Shown here: positions 17,772-26,857 of the stretch, one piece after another | Position numbering within the stretch: position 1 is the stretch's first letter | How the letters are laid out: each line of letters opens with the position of its first letter | IMG/VR virus record: IMGVR_UViG_2645727529_000001 | Location: 1 to 37,623 of that record | Strand: one strand, 5' to 3' | Origin: a virus | Lineage: Duplodnaviria; Heunggongvirae; Uroviricota; Caudoviricetes | DNA length: 37,623 bases | The notes under the pieces: generated by a model | What the model was told of the DNA's origin: nothing | Database searches by the model: none | What the model saw: the letters and a program-made list of their open reading frames with translations, nothing else | Translations under genes and position numbers: made by a program

Positions 17772-18267
17772 ACGCTGCCTTGTCGGGACCGTGCTGGCTA
17801 TTGCTGCCATGCTGCCGGGTTTTCAGCAGCTTCACACCTCCGTGGAGGGGCTGAAACTGATTGCCGATTACGAAGGCTGTCGTCTGCAGCCGTATCAGTG
17901 CAGCGCGGGTGTCTGGACCGACGGCATTGGTAATACATCGGGCGTCATTCCCGGCAAAACCATTACGGAACGACAGGCAGCGGAAGGGCTGATCTCCAAC
18001 GTGCTGCGTGTGGAGCGGGCGCTGGAAAGGTGTGTGAAGCAACAGCCGCCGCAGAAGGTGTATGACGCGGTGGTGTCGTTTGCCTTCAACGTGGGAACGG
18101 GCAATGCCTGCAGTTCCACGCTGGTGAAATTACTCAACCAGCGGCGCTGGGCGGATGCGTGCCGACAGTTGCCGCGCTGGGTTTATGTGAAAGGTGTTTT
18201 TAATCAGGGGCTGGATAACCGCCGTGTGCGGGAGATGGCCTGGTGCCTTAAAGGAGCTGGACTATGA
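17752..18267 (+). CDS. K: Endolysin (lysozyme family)
   Basis: 171 aa, P2 K-like lysozyme (EGxxL.Y.D..G.WT.G.G). Confidence 0.85.
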   Translation: MNPSIVKRCLVGTVLAIAAMLPGFQQLHTSVEGLKLIADYEGCRLQPYQCSAGVWTDGIGNTSGVIPGKTITERQAAEGLISNVLRVERALERCVKQQPPQKVYDAVVSFAFNVGTGNACSSTLVKLLNQRRWADACRQLPRWVYVKGVFNQGLDNRRVREMAWCLKGAGL

Positions 18268-18692
18268 CACGTGCGCTGGCGGTAGTGGCGGCGCTGGCAC
18301 TCGTTGCGCTGGGCTGGCAGTCGTGGCGGCTTAACAGCGCCAGCCACACCATCGAAACGCAGCGCGCGGCGCTGAAAAGTAAAGCGCACGAACTAACGAA
18401 GAAAAATAGCCAGCTGATCAGTCTGTCCATTCTCGCTGAAACCAACAATCGGGAGCAGGCGCGGCTCTACGCCGAAGCAGAACAGACCAGTGCACTGCTG
18501 AGACAACGACAACACCGGATTGAGGAACTGAAACGTGAGAACGAGGATTTACGCCGCTGGGCTGATACTCCTTTGCCTGCTGACGTTATCCGGCTGCGGA
18601 AACGTCCGGCATTCACCGGAGGTGCAGCTTACCGTCAGTGGTTGTCCGCGAGTGACGCCGTGTTGGCTGGATCAGGCAGCGCCGCGCACTAA
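18264..18692 (+). CDS. lysB: Spanin, inner-membrane subunit (LysB/Rz-like)
   Basis: N-terminal TM segment then coiled-coil-like region; synteny. Confidence 0.7.
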   Translation: MTRALAVVAALALVALGWQSWRLNSASHTIETQRAALKSKAHELTKKNSQLISLSILAETNNREQARLYAEAEQTSALLRQRQHRIEELKRENEDLRRWADTPLPADVIRLRKRPAFTGGAAYRQWLSASDAVLAGSGSAAH

Positions 18693-18825
18693 CGGTGATC
18701 TGAACGCGTTGCTGGATGAAACGGAGGCCGCCTGGGCGGTCTGTGCAGACAAAGTGGACATGATTATTGCGTGTCAGGAGCGAAACAGTGAACAAACCAC
18801 AATCCCTGCGCCACGCCCTCAATAA
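18535..18825 (+). CDS. lysC: Spanin, outer-membrane lipoprotein subunit (LysC/Rz1-like)
   Basis: Starts inside lysB in another frame; lipobox LSGC after a signal peptide. Confidence 0.65.
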   Translation: MRTRIYAAGLILLCLLTLSGCGNVRHSPEVQLTVSGCPRVTPCWLDQAAPRTNGDLNALLDETEAAWAVCADKVDMIIACQERNSEQTTIPAPRPQ

Positions 18826-19219
18826 AGCGGTGCCTTATGTCCGCAATAACCCGGACAAACTGCATCTGTTTGTGGATAACGGTTCGCTGGTTGCCAAGGG
18901 GGCCAGCTCCATGTCATGGGAGTACCGTTACACCCTGAACGCGGTGATTGAGGATTTCAGCGGCGACCAGAATCTGCTGATGGCCCCGGTTTTGCTGTGG
19001 CTGCGGGATAACCAGCCCGATGCCATCAATAATCCGGCGTTACGGGAAAAGTTATTCACCTTTGAGGTGGATATTCTGCGCAACGATGTCTGTGATATCA
19101 GCCTTAACCTGCAACTGACGGAGCGTGTGCTGGTCAGCACTGACGGCAGTGTGTCGAGCGTTGAAGCTGTGGCAGAACCCGATGAACCTGAAGAAATGTG
19201 GGCGGTGAAACGTGGCTGA
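18788..19219 (+). CDS. R: Tail completion protein gpR
   Basis: GTG start at 18788 after AGGAG; P2 R-like. Confidence 0.8.
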   Translation: MNKPQSLRHALNKAVPYVRNNPDKLHLFVDNGSLVAKGASSMSWEYRYTLNAVIEDFSGDQNLLMAPVLLWLRDNQPDAINNPALREKLFTFEVDILRNDVCDISLNLQLTERVLVSTDGSVSSVEAVAEPDEPEEMWAVKRG

Positions 19220-19655
19220 ACTGCAGAAGGTGGACGACTGGCTGAGTGCTTTGCTGGCGAATCTGGAGCCAGCCGCAAGAAGCCGCATGATGCGCCAGCT
19301 GGCGCAGGAACTGCGCCGGACACAGCAGCAGAACATCAGGATGCAGCGCAATCCAGATGGCAGCAGTTATGAACCGCGCAGGGCAACAGCACGCAGCAAA
19401 AAGGGGCGCATCAAACGTCAGATGTTTACAAAGCTGCGCACCTCTAAATACCTTCAAACTACCGCCAGCGCCGATTCTGCCAGCGTGCAGTTTGAAGGTA
19501 AGGTGCAGCGCATTGCACGCGTTCACCATTACGGCCTGCGTGATCGCGTCAGTCGTCATAGTTTTAAAGTGAAATATGCGCAACGGCGTCTTCTAGGCGT
19601 TAATAAAGACATAGAAATTTGGGTTCGAAACACACTGATGCACTGGCTTGTTTAG
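19212..19655 (+). CDS. S: Tail completion protein gpS
   Basis: 147 aa, GTG start overlapping the R stop; P2 S-like. Confidence 0.8.
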   Translation: MAELQKVDDWLSALLANLEPAARSRMMRQLAQELRRTQQQNIRMQRNPDGSSYEPRRATARSKKGRIKRQMFTKLRTSKYLQTTASADSASVQFEGKVQRIARVHHYGLRDRVSRHSFKVKYAQRRLLGVNKDIEIWVRNTLMHWLV

Positions 19656-19680
19656 TGCTTCAGTGTGTTAAAACAGAAGA

Positions 19681-21432
19681 CTATTGGTTGAATATAAAGC
19701 TGATAATATTTTCAGGAGTGAGCTCTATGTTTTTTTTATTAAGTTTTTGAATGTACATTTTATATTTCATTTCAACGTTTCGGAAGCCTTGCGCAACAGA
19801 AAGTATTTCTACAGGATGAGATGAAAGCTTTATTAAGGAGTTAATGACTGCATCTAGGTAGATGTGAGCATGTTCAACTAAAACATTTGTTTTTGATGGG
19901 GTTTTTCCAGTGTGAACTATCAAGTTTCTAGTTCTATATATTCTCCTAATTTGCCAGTTGATTCTTTCTGCATGATTTTTAAGTGCCTGATACATAGTAT
20001 CAGTTGAGGAAATTAAATTGCTAATATATTCAAATCTCTCTTTCAATAACGGAAATTGTGATAGTTCTATCTTAAACTGATTGATGCTAGGGGCATGTTC
20101 TTGCGAAGCAACAAGAATTACAAATGATTTGGCTGCATCGCTATCTCCAATTAGTCTTAGAAGTGACATGGTTCGAGGATGATTCCATCGTTGTAAGTCT
20201 TTTATAAGATTCCTTACTAGGTCTTCAATATAATTCAGGTTTAAAAATGGTGTTAATGAATTAACGATATGTTCTATCGTGGATTGTTCTTCTTTTTTTG
20301 ATTCGTCGGGGATGAGTGATTCAATAGCAATCCATAAATTTAAAAGCTGATTTTCTACAGCATTTGTCTGTAGTGCCATTGAATGTAATTGTACACTTCT
20401 TATGAATTTATTGAAAGAATCCTTGCGCATTCTGAAATTATTCATGAATTGTTCGAGTCTTCTGCTTGCGTGTTCCTGAACCAGATCCTTGCAGCGGTGC
20501 ATTGGGTTTATGCTGCTTCTTATATTGATTTTTTCACCATTTTCACTAACTACAATGTTCTCTGCAGACCATGATGCTTCTTGCTTATGATGATAGAGAG
20601 AAAGCAAAGTTGATGCGAGCTTTAAGTTTCTTTCAGCTACCCTTCTAGCCGTGAATGGATCAAGTGCTTTAACATGCTTAACTAAAATAGTTCGTTGTTC
20701 ATGATTATCGAAGAAATCTGTTTCATTAATATTTTCGGGGGTTTCAAGAACAACCTCAATTTCTAATTGTGATAAGCATGGAGTAATATAACTAAAAGAT
20801 TTTTCAGCATTGAAATAAACTGAATATTCTTGTGTCTCTGAGGGGATGTTCTCTAGGAATGTAATAATCTCTTCATTTGAACTGATCTCTCGTTCTCTTT
20901 GGAAGAAATGTTTTTTTAGACTTTCCATCAAATATTCTTGACTTAATCCTTTTGATATTAGATGGGTAATCAACAGTCTTGTAAACTTTCGAATTTTATT
21001 TGGGTTGTATTCTGAAGTTATTGTAGAGCAAAGTTCACTGATGAGTTTGCTTTCATAATTACCAACATTAAGTTGAACTCTCAGTAACTCAAGAGTTATT
21101 TTTAGATTTTTATTTCCTAACTGATTGTTTTGGAGTTGATCTAAAAATGAACCTAAAGGGTTTTTTAGAAGACTGATTGCGATGTCATCATTCTTAATAT
21201 TTTTAGTTAATTCGTCAATGACGTGGGATATATGTGCGGGGCTTATGTTGCCTTTTTCTATATCATCGATTGTTGATATTGCTTCTATACATAAACTTGG
21301 AGTGTTCATTATAGAAGGTTTATATGTACTATGGGTGTAATCAAAGAGAAGTTCCTCCATTAACTCGGTGAAATAAATAAGCGCAGTGCATTGTTCAATA
21401 TGATTCCAGTTGTGTAGTCTTCTAAATTTCAT
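19681..21432 (-). CDS. Large AT-rich cargo protein with C-terminal HEPN-like Rx4H motif; candidate abortive-infection or defence RNase
   Basis: ORF 19681..21552 (TTG start); preferred ATG at 21432 (MKFRRL...) leaves the P_V promoter region free; motif RIYRTRNLIVHTG near the C-terminus; convergent with S and divergent from V at the P2 orf30 position. Confidence 0.6.
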   Translation of the reverse strand: MKFRRLHNWNHIEQCTALIYFTELMEELLFDYTHSTYKPSIMNTPSLCIEAISTIDDIEKGNISPAHISHVIDELTKNIKNDDIAISLLKNPLGSFLDQLQNNQLGNKNLKITLELLRVQLNVGNYESKLISELCSTITSEYNPNKIRKFTRLLITHLISKGLSQEYLMESLKKHFFQREREISSNEEIITFLENIPSETQEYSVYFNAEKSFSYITPCLSQLEIEVVLETPENINETDFFDNHEQRTILVKHVKALDPFTARRVAERNLKLASTLLSLYHHKQEASWSAENIVVSENGEKINIRSSINPMHRCKDLVQEHASRRLEQFMNNFRMRKDSFNKFIRSVQLHSMALQTNAVENQLLNLWIAIESLIPDESKKEEQSTIEHIVNSLTPFLNLNYIEDLVRNLIKDLQRWNHPRTMSLLRLIGDSDAAKSFVILVASQEHAPSINQFKIELSQFPLLKERFEYISNLISSTDTMYQALKNHAERINWQIRRIYRTRNLIVHTGKTPSKTNVLVEHAHIYLDAVINSLIKLSSHPVEILSVAQGFRNVEMKYKMYIQKLNKKNIELTPENIISFIFNQ

Positions 21433-21476
21433 ATTAATACCTTGTTTTGTGAAGCTTGAATTTACCTTTAGCGCAT

Positions 21477-21498
21477 TGTTTGTTGCTTCATACAAACA
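21477..21498. promoter_or_regulatory. Ogr/Delta-type late-promoter site(s) for P_V (two overlapping TGT-N12-ACA dyads)
   Basis: TGT 21477-21479 with ACA 21492-21494, and TGT 21481-21483 with ACA 21496-21498; 43-64 nt upstream of the V start. Confidence 0.55.
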
Positions 21499-21540
21499 TG
21501 GTTTGTTTGTGATCTCAAGTGTTTGATTAAGAATTTGAGA

Positions 21541-22119
21541 ATGAACGTACAACTCACGGAAATCATGCGCCTTATCACCAATCTGATCCGCACAGGGGTA
21601 GTCACCGAAGTGGACCGGGAAAACTGGCTTTGCAGGGTGAAAACGGGCGAGCTTGAAACCAACTGGATCAGCTGGCTGACGCTACGTGCCGGAAATGCCC
21701 GGACATGGTGGCGACCATCGGAAGGTGAGCAGGTGGTGCTGCTGAGTCTGGGAGGCAATCTGGAAACCGCCTTTGCGTTGCCCGCTGTCTATTCGAATCA
21801 GTTCGCGCCACCTTCGACGTCGGCGGACGCCTGCGTGACAGAACATCCTGACGGTGGCTGGTTTGAATACGAACCCGCCACCGGGCGCTGGTATGTCAGG
21901 GGCATCAAATCCATGGTCATTGAGGCTGCCGACAACATCACCCTGAAAACCAGTGAGTTTGTGCTGGAGGCTGACCGCACGCGTATTAACAGCGAAGTAG
22001 TGATCAATGGTGGTGTTACCCAGGGCGGCGGTGCAATGAGTTCTAACGGAATTGTGGTTGATGCACATCAGCATACTGGCGTCCTGAAAGGCGGCGACAC
22101 AACCGGAGGCCCGGTATGA
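21541..22119 (+). CDS. V: Baseplate spike protein gpV
   Basis: ATG 21541; P2 V-like. Confidence 0.85.
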   Translation: MNVQLTEIMRLITNLIRTGVVTEVDRENWLCRVKTGELETNWISWLTLRAGNARTWWRPSEGEQVVLLSLGGNLETAFALPAVYSNQFAPPSTSADACVTEHPDGGWFEYEPATGRWYVRGIKSMVIEAADNITLKTSEFVLEADRTRINSEVVINGGVTQGGGAMSSNGIVVDAHQHTGVLKGGDTTGGPV

Positions 22120-22475
22120 CGCTTTATAGCGGGATGAACAATACCAGCGGCAAAGTCATTACTGATATTGACCATCTGCGCCAGTCGGTGCGGGACATTC
22201 TGCTGACGCCGCAGGGTAGCCGCATTGCCCGTCGGGAATATGGTTCCCTACTGTCGGCACTGATAGATCAGCCACAAAATCCGGCATTACGCCTGCAGGT
22301 CATGTCGGCAGTGTATGTGGCGCTGAGTCGCTGGGAGCCACGGCTGACGCTGGATTCCATCACCATCAACAGCAACTTTGACGGTTCTATGGTGGTGGAG
22401 CTGACCGGGCGGCGGAATAACGGTGTGCCTGTGTCCCTTTCCGTATCAACAGGAGCAGAGAATGGCAGTGATTGA
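22116..22475 (+). CDS. W: Baseplate protein gpW (GPW/gp25 family)
   Basis: 119 aa; synteny and family resemblance. Confidence 0.85.
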   Translation: MTLYSGMNNTSGKVITDIDHLRQSVRDILLTPQGSRIARREYGSLLSALIDQPQNPALRLQVMSAVYVALSRWEPRLTLDSITINSNFDGSMVVELTGRRNNGVPVSLSVSTGAENGSD

Positions 22476-23370
22476 CCTTTCGCAGTTGCCTGCACCGCAG
22501 ATTGTGGATGTGCCGGACTTTGAGACGCTGCTTGCCGAACGCAAGGCAGAATTTGTGGCGCTTCATCCGAAAGATGAGCAGGAAGCCGTGATCCGCACGC
22601 TGGAACTGGAATCTGAACCCGTCACTAAATTGTTGCAGGAGAACGCTTACCGTGAGTTGCTTCTGCGCCAGCGCATTAACGAAGCCGCGCAGGCGGTGAT
22701 GGTGGCTTACGCGATGGGCGGCGATCTTGACCAGCTCGCTGCCAACTACAACGTGACACGCCTGACGGTGACGCCTGCTGATAATGATGCTGTGCCGCCC
22801 GTTGCAGCTGTGATGGAAAGCGATGAAGCGTTACGCCTGCGTGTGCCTGCAGCCTTTGAAGGGCTTTCTGTTGCGGGGCCAACTGCAGCTTATGAATTTC
22901 ATGCCCGAAGCGCCGACGGTCGGGTGGCGGATGCCAGTGCAACCAGCCCGGCACCTGCAGAGGTGGTGCTGACTGTCCTTAGCCGCGAAGGCGATGGAAC
23001 TGCAGAAAAAGACCTGCTGGACGTGGTGGAAAAAGCTCTGAACAGTGAGAACGTCCGCCCGGTGGCTGACCGTCTGACGGTTCGCAGCGCAGAAATCATC
23101 CCGTATCGCGTGGAAGCCACCATTTTTCTCTATCCTGGACCGGAAGCAGAGCCGGTAATGGCAGCGGCAAAAGCCAGCCTGCAGAAGTACATCGCCAGTC
23201 AGACGCGTCTTGGTCGGGATATTCGCCGTAGCGCCATCTTTGCCGCCCTGCATGTTGAGGGTGTGCAGCGTGTGGAGCTGGCTTCTCCTCTGGCGGATGT
23301 GGTCCTGAACAAAACACAGGCGGCATCATGTACGCAGTGGAGCATAACCAACGGAGGAACGGATGAATAG
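22462..23370 (+). CDS. J: Baseplate assembly protein gpJ
   Basis: ATG 22462 with GGAG RBS; P2 J-like. Confidence 0.85.
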   Translation: MAVIDLSQLPAPQIVDVPDFETLLAERKAEFVALHPKDEQEAVIRTLELESEPVTKLLQENAYRELLLRQRINEAAQAVMVAYAMGGDLDQLAANYNVTRLTVTPADNDAVPPVAAVMESDEALRLRVPAAFEGLSVAGPTAAYEFHARSADGRVADASATSPAPAEVVLTVLSREGDGTAEKDLLDVVEKALNSENVRPVADRLTVRSAEIIPYRVEATIFLYPGPEAEPVMAAAKASLQKYIASQTRLGRDIRRSAIFAALHVEGVQRVELASPLADVVLNKTQAASCTQWSITNGGTDE

Positions 23371-23968
23371 TCTGCTGCCACCGGGTTCAACACCACTGGA
23401 GCGCCGACTGGCGCAAACCTGCAGCGGGATTTCTGATCTGCAGGTGCCGCTTCGTGACTTGTGGAATCCGGCAACCTGTCCGGTCAGTTTCCTGCCTTAT
23501 CTCGCCTGGGCGTTCTCTGTGGATCGCTGGGACGAGGGCTGGACAGAAAGCGTCAAGCGCCAGGTGGTGAAGGATGCTTTTTATATTCATCAGCATAAAG
23601 GGACCACCAGTGCCGTGCGGCGGGTGGTGGAGCCGTTCGGCTTTCTGATCCGCATTATTGAGTGGTGGCAGACCGGAGAGGCACCGGGCACGTTTCGCCT
23701 GGATATCGGCGTGCAGGACCAGGGCATCACTGAAGATACCTATCTGGAACTTGAGCGACTGATAAGCGATGCCAAACCATGTAGCCGCCACATGATCGGC
23801 ATGTCCATCAATCTGCAGACCAGCGGCCCGCATTGGGTGGGAGCCGCCAGCTATCTTGGCGAAGAAATCACGATCTATCCGTATATCAACGAAACAATTA
23901 TTTCCGGCGGCACCGCGCATGAAGGCGGGGCGGTCCATGTTATTGACACAATGAGAGTGAATCCATGA
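23363..23968 (+). CDS. I: Tail/baseplate protein gpI
   Basis: 201 aa; synteny. Confidence 0.8.
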   Translation: MNSLLPPGSTPLERRLAQTCSGISDLQVPLRDLWNPATCPVSFLPYLAWAFSVDRWDEGWTESVKRQVVKDAFYIHQHKGTTSAVRRVVEPFGFLIRIIEWWQTGEAPGTFRLDIGVQDQGITEDTYLELERLISDAKPCSRHMIGMSINLQTSGPHWVGAASYLGEEITIYPYINETIISGGTAHEGGAVHVIDTMRVNP

Positions 23969-25473
23969 GCACAAAATTTTATACCCTGCTGACGGATATT
24001 GGCGCGGCGAAACTTGCCAGCGCCGCCGCGCTCGGTGTGCCGCTAAAAATTACCCATATGGCGGTGGGCGATGGTGGCGGAACATTGCCGACGCCGGACG
24101 CAAAGCAGAGTGCACTGGTAAATGAGAAACGTCGGGCTGCGCTGAATATGCTCTATATCGACCCACAGAACAGCAGCCAGATTATTGCTGAACAGGTGAT
24201 CCCTGAAAACGAGGGCGGTTGGTGGATACGTGAAGTGGGCCTGTTTGATGAATCCGGGGCATTGATTGCCGTGGGAAACTGCCCGGAAAGCTATAAGCCG
24301 CAACTGGCTGAAGGTAGCGGACGCACTCAGACCGTGCGCATGGTGCTGATTACCAGCAGCACGGACAATATCACCCTGAAAATCGACCCTGCTGTAGTGC
24401 TGGCAACCCGCAAGTATGTGGATGACAAGGCACTGGAGCTGAAGGTGTACGCGGATGATCAGATGGCAAAACATCTTGCCGCACCGGACCCGCATTCACA
24501 GTATGCACCCAAAGAAAGTCCGACGTTTACCGGGACACCCAAAGCGCCAACGCCAGCAGCAGGGAATAACACCACGCAGATTGCGACCACCGCGTTTGTT
24601 CAGGCGGCTCTGACGGCTCTTATTAATGGTGCGCCAGCCACGCTGGACACGCTGAAAGAAATAGCCGCAGCCATTAACAATGATCCGAAATTCAGTACCA
24701 CCATTAACAATGCACTGGCACTGAAAGCGCCGCTGTCGAGTCCGGCACTCACCGGAACGCCAACCGCACCTACTGCGGCACAGTCGGTCAACAATACACA
24801 GATTGCCACCACGGCATTTGTGAAATCGGCGATTGCGGCAATGGTGGGTTCTGCACCTGCGGCACTGGATACACTCAACGAACTGGCGGCGGCACTGGGG
24901 AATGACCCGAACTTTGCCACGACAATGCTTAATGCACTGGCAGGTAAACAACCGCTGGACAATACGCTGACTAATTTGAGTGGAAAGGATGTAGCTGGTC
25001 TTCTCACATACCTTGGTTTGGGAGAAGGCTCTGCATTACCTGTTGGTGTCCCTGTTCCGTGGCCTTCAGCCACTCCGCCAACAGGCTGGCTGAAATGCAA
25101 TGGTGCGGCTTTTTCTGCTGAAGAATACCCGGAACTGGCAAAAGTTTACCCGACAAATAAATTGCCTGATTTACGTGGTGAGTTTATTCGCGGCTGGGAT
25201 GACGGAAGAGGAATTGATACTAACCGTAGCTTGCTTTCATCACAGGGCGATGCCATTCGAAATATAATTGGTGCATTAGTGGATGTCAGGTTTAATACCT
25301 ATCCTTCTGATTCTGGTGCTTTTACAACCAGCGTCATCGGAGATGCTTCATCTGATTCAACTAAAGGTGGTTATGCAAAGCGAGTAACATTTGATGCTTC
25401 CAGAGTTGTTCCAACTGCAAACGAAAACCGTCCGCGTAATATTGCATTTAACTATATCGTGAGGGCAGCCTGA
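23965..25473 (+). CDS. H: Tail fibre protein gpH (current orientation of the variable C-terminus)
   Basis: 502 aa; conserved P2 H N-terminus (MSTKFYTLLTDIG...); C-terminal 150 aa lie inside the invertible segment. Confidence 0.85.
   Translation: MSTKFYTLLTDIGAAKLASAAALGVPLKITHMAVGDGGGTLPTPDAKQSALVNEKRRAALNMLYIDPQNSSQIIAEQVIPENEGGWWIREVGLFDESGALIAVGNCPESYKPQLAEGSGRTQTVRMVLITSSTDNITLKIDPAVVLATRKYVDDKALELKVYADDQMAKHLAAPDPHSQYAPKESPTFTGTPKAPTPAAGNNTTQIATTAFVQAALTALINGAPATLDTLKEIAAAINNDPKFSTTINNALALKAPLSSPALTGTPTAPTAAQSVNNTQIATTAFVKSAIAAMVGSAPAALDTLNELAAALGNDPNFATTMLNALAGKQPLDNTLTNLSGKDVAGLLTYLGLGEGSALPVGVPVPWPSATPPTGWLKCNGAAFSAEEYPELAKVYPTNKLPDLRGEFIRGWDDGRGIDTNRSLLSSQGDAIRNIIGALVDVRFNTYPSDSGAFTTSVIGDASSDSTKGGYAKRVTFDASRVVPTANENRPRNIAFNYIVRAA
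24517..24960 (+). repeat. Tandem duplication of about 70 codons inside the tail fibre gene
   Basis: SPTFTGTPKAPT...NNTTQIATTAFV...DTLKEIAAAINNDPKF... repeated as SPALTGTPTAPT...NNTQIATTAFV...DTLNELAAALGNDPNF... Confidence 0.5.
25001..25026. repeat. hix/gix-like 26-bp inversion crossover site (left)
   Basis: TTCTCACATACCTTGGTTTGGGAGAA, similar to the Hin/Gin sites as I recall them; inner half TTGGTTTGGGAGAA is inverted at 26832-26845. Confidence 0.65.
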
Positions 25474-26075
25474 TGCATAAAGCAATATTAAATAGTGAGC
25501 TTATTGCAACAAAGGCAGGGGATGTTACCGTTTATAACTACGATGGTGAAACACGGGAATATATTTCCACGTCAACTGAATATCTTGCTGTTGGTGTCGG
25601 TATTCCGGCATGTTCCTGTCTTGATGCACCTGGCATACATAAGGTTGGTTATGCAATCTGTCGTTCTGTGAATTTAAATTCATGGGAATATGTGCCAGAT
25701 CATCGCGGTGAAATCGTCTATAGCACCGAAACAGGAGAATCGAAAGAAATCACAGCTCCGGGTGATTATCCTGAAAATACAACCACTATCGCCCCGTTAA
25801 CGCCATACGATGAATGGAATGGTGAGAAATGGGTGACAGATACCGAGGCACAGCACGGCGCAGCAGTAGATGCAGCAGAAGCACAGCGCCCGTTGCTGAT
25901 TGATACTGCAATGGCCTCCATCAGTCTGATTCAACTGAAATTACAGGCCGGACGGAAGCTGACGCAGGCAGAAACAATCCGCCTTAACGCTGTGCTGGAT
26001 TACATTGACGCGGTGACGGCAACAGATACCAGCACAGCGCCGGATGTCATCTGGCCTGAACTGCCGGAGGCGTAG
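25473..26075 (+). CDS. G: Tail fibre assembly chaperone gpG (expressed orientation)
   Basis: 200 aa; follows H with ATGA overlap; G-like conserved C-terminus. Confidence 0.8.
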   Translation: MHKAILNSELIATKAGDVTVYNYDGETREYISTSTEYLAVGVGIPACSCLDAPGIHKVGYAICRSVNLNSWEYVPDHRGEIVYSTETGESKEITAPGDYPENTTTIAPLTPYDEWNGEKWVTDTEAQHGAAVDAAEAQRPLLIDTAMASISLIQLKLQAGRKLTQAETIRLNAVLDYIDAVTATDTSTAPDVIWPELPEA

Positions 26076-26508
26076 GCCATTCAATATCTGGCGCACCGGA
26101 AGTATCGATCAGCTCCAGTGCGTCCAGATAATCCAGCCACAAATTATATTGTGCCAGTTCCTCACCTTTCAGACGACCGATAGCTGCTTTACCAGGCCAT
26201 TGCTTACCGTTCATGTATTCGTTGGCATGGTCAATTCTCGACTTTTTCTCTGAGTCAGCCGCAGCAAGTTGTTCTTTATGCGTAGGTGACGGAAGATCTA
26301 CCCAGCAAGGCAACCCATCATCACCAATGCCACGCATTTTACCCTCAGGAGCGTTTCCCATGAAAACCAGTGCATCTTCAGCATTTATATTGATGCCGTC
26401 TGACGGCCATGTGCCAGCAGTTAAATAATCATATTTCAGTGCCACAAGATAAAAAGCATTTTCCGTCGGGCTGAATACATAGTCGACCATTAATATCCCA
26501 CTCCCCAT
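26047..26508 (-). CDS. Alternative tail fibre assembly chaperone (G'), inverted cassette
   Basis: 153 aa; C-terminus (...DALELIDTSGAPDIEWP) parallels G (...DAVTATDTSTAPDVIWP); opposite strand inside the invertible segment. Confidence 0.7.
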   Translation of the reverse strand: MGSGILMVDYVFSPTENAFYLVALKYDYLTAGTWPSDGININAEDALVFMGNAPEGKMRGIGDDGLPCWVDLPSPTHKEQLAAADSEKKSRIDHANEYMNGKQWPGKAAIGRLKGEELAQYNLWLDYLDALELIDTSGAPDIEWPTPPAVQAR

Positions 26509-26846
26509 ACTGCCACTGTTGAATTAGATTTCGTGTATGCGCAAGCGGCTTTGAATTTGACCCGGTCAACAATCGCTGCGCTAACAAAAGGGGCTCCATT
26601 AGTCGCGTAGATCACAGAATTGACCAGCGAAGGATTGATGGAAAGGCAAGCATTAGGAAAGGCAACCGGCCATGAGTCATCAACAACGACCATATTACCG
26701 TCGGTAGATTGCGGCACTGATAGCGTCTTCCACTGAAGCAATGCTATTCGTTGTACTCCACCAATTAATACTGGAATAGTGATGTTACCTGCACTGCTGG
26801 CTAATGCTGTCGCAGCAGGCATTTTCGCTGCTTCTCCCAAACCAAC
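26490..26846 (-). CDS. Alternative tail fibre C-terminal cassette (Hv'), silent in this orientation
   Basis: Minus-strand ORF whose VGLGE codons coincide with the right hix-like site, mirroring LGLGE of H at the left site; would fuse to the H constant part after inversion. Confidence 0.6.
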   Translation of the reverse strand, partial: VGLGEAAKMPAATALASSAGNITIPVLIGGVQRIALLQWKTLSVPQSTDGNMVVVDDSWPVAFPNACLSINPSLVNSVIYATNGAPFVSAAIVDRVKFKAACAYTKSNSTVAVWGVGY

Positions 26847-26857
26847 GTTTATGAAAA
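26832..26857. repeat. hix/gix-like 26-bp inversion crossover site (right)
   Basis: TTCTCCCAAACCAACGTTTATGAAAA; inner 14 bp are the exact inverted repeat of 25013-25026. Confidence 0.65.

Larger units (their letters stand above)
25001..26857. other. Invertible tail-fibre (host-range) segment, G-segment-like
   Basis: Bounded by inverted 26-bp hix-like sites; carries the H C-terminus and G on the plus strand and alternative G' and Hv' on the minus strand; invertase gene adjacent. Confidence 0.65.

Noticed and set aside
21433-21552. N-terminal 40 codons of the 623-aa ORF (TTG start at 21552) overlapping the V start
   Set aside because: Depends on a TTG start, overlaps V and covers the Ogr-type P_V dyads; the ATG at 21432 with an upstream AAGG is more plausible. 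Kept as an alternative in the findings.
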